Below, one piece after another: positions 61,617 to 64,000 of a stretch of DNA of 64,000 nucleotides (positions are counted from its first letter, which is position 1; each line of letters starts with the position of its first letter). Both the position numbers and the translations under genes were made by a program. The stretch is from an uncultured Candidatus Saccharibacteria bacterium (GTDB taxonomy: Bacteria; Patescibacteriota; Saccharimonadia; Saccharimonadales; JAGQNJ01), in NCBI GenBank assembly GCA_964590205.1, contig CAZPVO010000001.1, positions 47,873 to 111,872 of the forward strand, given 5' to 3'. Under the pieces are notes generated by a model that had not been told where the DNA came from, did no database searches, and saw nothing but the letters and a program-made list of their open reading frames with translations.

Positions 61617-63398
61617 ATGGTTGATAGAGCTACTAAACTGCGTTGGCGACGACGCTTTAAACGCAGTCAAAAACATGTTGAAAATATTGGCACTCAGGCC
61701 GAACAAGGTCTAGAGCAGCACTTCTTTTTACGCTTAAACCGACTGGTTGGTGTTCGACGTTTTGTTGTTGGCTGGATAGCACTCTTTGTGTTGCTAATTA
61801 TTGGCGTGGTTGTGCAAACAAGGGCTCTCGCACCGCATTTTACAACTCTTAAACCAGTACCAGGTGGCGTTTTTACTGAAGGAATCACCGGCTCATTTAC
61901 CAATGCAAATCCACTGTACGCTACAGATGCTGTAGATACGGCCGTGTCGAAATTGGTTTTCTCCGGCCTCATGAAGTACGATTCAAATAATCAGTTGGTC
62001 GGTGACTTAGCACAAAGCGTTCAGCCTGATCCACGCTCAGCAATTTATACGGTAACGCTGAGACCGGGGCTGAAGTGGCACGACGGCAAACCACTGACAG
62101 CTGAAGATGTTGTATTCACATATAAGACTATTCAGAATGCAGATGCCAAATCACCGCTTTTTGCTAACTGGGAAGGTGTGAAGATTGAAGCTAAAGATGA
62201 TCGCACCATTGTATTTACGTTGCCTCACGGCTTAGCCTCCTTCCCACACTCGCTAACCAATGGCATTGTACCGAAGCATCTATTAGATAATATTCCAGCA
62301 AGCCAGCTCCGCTCGGTTGCTTTTAACACAGCAAAGCCCATCGGTTCCGGGCCATTCATGTGGGACGCTGTTCAGGTTCAGGGTAGTACGCCAGACGAGC
62401 GTGAAGAGCGCATTGGTTTGGTGCCAAATCCCAATTATTACTTTGGGGAACCAAAACTCGGAGCCTTTATTATTCGAGCATTTCACGATGAAAGTCATAT
62501 GACCCAGAGTTTCAGGAAACAGGAGTTATCCGCCATGGCCGGTCTTGAGACATTACCAGCAGATTTGGCCGACAACCCAGATAAAATCGATTATGATGTG
62601 CCACTGACCGGTGAAGTCATGGTTTTCTTCCGTAACTCTCAGGAAATTTTGCAGGATAAACAAGTTCGATTGGCACTTGTTCAAGCCACAAACACGCCAG
62701 ATATCATTGCCGGACTCGGCTATCCAGTTATTCCAGCTAATAGTCCCCTGCTCAAATCGCACATTGGTTACGACAAAAACATCACCCAACTGCCGTTTAA
62801 TCAGGCTATAGCCAGTAAATTGCTTGATGACGACGGCTGGAAGATGGGCGCGAATGGCATTCGTACGAAGAATGGCTTACCACTGACTATTCATTTGTTC
62901 TCTCAAAGCAACAGTCAATATTCATATGTGACGCAGGCTTTGCAAAAGCAGTGGCGAGCTGTAGGCGTTGATGCGCAGGTTGTATTGCAGCCGGAAAGTG
63001 ACTTGCAATCGACGATTTCACTGCATAATTACGACGCATTGTTGTTTGGTATCTCGCTTGGACCGGATCCAGATGTTTTTGCTTACTGGCACAGTTCACA
63101 AGCTGATCCGCGTTCGCCAAATCGACTTAATTTATCTGAGTTTAAAAATTCAGCCGCTGACCAGTCTCTAGAAGGTGGCCGAGCCCGCAGTGATCCAACT
63201 CTGAGAGCCATAAAGTACCGGGGATTTTTGCAAGCTTGGCGCGACGATGCACCCGCGATTGCACTGTATCAACCACGCTTTTTGTACGTTAGTAGGGGAG
63301 CGATCTATAATTTCAACCCGACAATTATGAATTCGCCTACCGATCGCTATGCCGATGTCGAAAAGTGGATGACCCGCGAATCACGACAAGGCAACTAA
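61617..63398 (+). CDS. ABC-transporter substrate-binding protein, family 5 (peptide/nickel, OppA/DppA-like), TM-anchored
   Basis: R/K-rich N-terminus plus a TM anchor. SBP_bac_5-like motifs (WHDGKPLTAEDVVFTY, GSGPF). No permease or ATPase genes are adjacent. Confidence 0.85.
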   Translation: MVDRATKLRWRRRFKRSQKHVENIGTQAEQGLEQHFFLRLNRLVGVRRFVVGWIALFVLLIIGVVVQTRALAPHFTTLKPVPGGVFTEGITGSFTNANPLYATDAVDTAVSKLVFSGLMKYDSNNQLVGDLAQSVQPDPRSAIYTVTLRPGLKWHDGKPLTAEDVVFTYKTIQNADAKSPLFANWEGVKIEAKDDRTIVFTLPHGLASFPHSLTNGIVPKHLLDNIPASQLRSVAFNTAKPIGSGPFMWDAVQVQGSTPDEREERIGLVPNPNYYFGEPKLGAFIIRAFHDESHMTQSFRKQELSAMAGLETLPADLADNPDKIDYDVPLTGEVMVFFRNSQEILQDKQVRLALVQATNTPDIIAGLGYPVIPANSPLLKSHIGYDKNITQLPFNQAIASKLLDDDGWKMGANGIRTKNGLPLTIHLFSQSNSQYSYVTQALQKQWRAVGVDAQVVLQPESDLQSTISLHNYDALLFGISLGPDPDVFAYWHSSQADPRSPNRLNLSEFKNSAADQSLEGGRARSDPTLRAIKYRGFLQAWRDDAPAIALYQPRFLYVSRGAIYNFNPTIMNSPTDRYADVEKWMTRESRQGN

Positions 63399-63408
63399 TA
63401 CAAATTCT

Positions 63409-63448
63409 TTAATTAAGTATTGACTTAATTAAGTCAGAGCTTTATTAT
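63409..63448 (+). promoter_or_regulatory. arsR promoter with a perfect 10-bp inverted-repeat operator
   Basis: TTAATTAAGT-attg-ACTTAATTAA (63409-63432) overlaps TTGACT (63420-63425). A 17-nt spacer then leads to TATTAT (63443-63448). Confidence 0.55.
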
Positions 63449-63454
63449 TGAGCT

Positions 63455-63784
63455 ATGGTAAAGTTTGATAAATTTTACGCTCTCTCAGCGCCAGTTCGGC
63501 GAGAAATTATTAATCTACTGTCTGACGGCAAGCAACTCACGGCCACCGCAATTGCCGATAAGTTTAAAGTGAGCCCACCGGCAATTTCGCAGCATCTAAA
63601 GGTGCTTTTAAATAGTGATTTACTAGAAGTTCACAAAGAAGCACAACAACGCATCTATCAACTCAATTCTGCCGCAATTAAAGAGCTCGAGTCGTGGGCT
63701 AGCGAAATAGCTAATCAGCTCGATAAAGTAGGAAAAGTTGTCGAGAATCAAGTAACAAAACCTTCAAAGGAGGCAAACAAATAG
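63455..63784 (+). CDS. ArsR/SmtB-family transcriptional regulator
   Basis: ALSAPVRREIINLL....LTATAIADKFKVSPPAISQHLKVL is the ArsR winged-HTH core. Confidence 0.88.
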   Translation: MVKFDKFYALSAPVRREIINLLSDGKQLTATAIADKFKVSPPAISQHLKVLLNSDLLEVHKEAQQRIYQLNSAAIKELESWASEIANQLDKVGKVVENQVTKPSKEANK

Positions 63785-64000
63785 TGCGTAGCGCTACTGC
63801 AAGTATTGAAACGTCAGCTGAACAAAAAGGTGCTCATAAATTTTTCGACCAAAAAAGTCCGGCTCGCCCGGAACAAATCTGTGGAGTTGATACAGATGCA
63901 ATACTGCGCGTCGGTCGTGCAGCGTTGGACCTCGGAGTATTGTCACCCAAGGTAAACCTTGGTCTCATTACGTTGCCTAATGTAACGCGACTGGTGCCTC
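63784..64000 (+). CDS. Open reading frame running off the window end (unknown, 3' partial)
   Basis: The GTG overlaps the arsR stop (TAGTG), and the frame stays open for 72 codons to the window edge. No family recognised. Confidence 0.3.
   Translation, partial: MRSATASIETSAEQKGAHKFFDQKSPARPEQICGVDTDAILRVGRAALDLGVLSPKVNLGLITLPNVTRLVP

Overview
The window is a gene-dense chromosomal segment, mostly coded on the + strand and dominated by housekeeping genes. I found no rRNA, tRNA, CRISPR array, transposase or integrase. Recognisable content in order: rsmA; a marR-MFS efflux pair; tmRNA (ssrA); a DEAD-box helicase; typA; doxX-like plus NDH-2; a SAM-I riboswitch with metK; a PurO-like protein; YHYH and YdjM-like membrane proteins; a GH37 trehalase; a divergent pyrF/pyrE-like pair; metG; tatD; a cysteine desulfurase; an atpFHAGDC operon with no a or c subunit genes; a stand-alone DnaA domain-IV protein; mnmA; a short alaS; ftsA-unknown-ruvX-mltG; a LysM/CHAP hydrolase; obg; sbcB; uvrA with two coupled unknown genes; dedA; rplY; three tandem ABC exporters; trhO; uvrC; pepP; a holin-like protein; secG; an orphan peptide-binding protein; arsR. 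Compact versions of universal enzymes (AlaRS 630 aa, MetK 323 aa, UvrC about 480 aa, ATPase beta 435 aa), many membrane-anchored orphan proteins and standard stop-codon usage suggest a reduced-genome Patescibacteria/CPR organism, possibly Saccharibacteria-like. That placement is inference only. I could not identify one clear novel system. The most promising leads are: a recurrent intergenic AGCATAAGC box; a 26-nt direct repeat bracketing one gene beside ssrA; a 398-nt gene-free structured spacer after rplY; several translationally coupled clusters of unknown genes (after uvrA, after ftsA, and 16341-17647); the DnaA domain-IV-only protein; and the unusual F-ATPase operon. All domain calls come from motif recognition by eye, with no database search.
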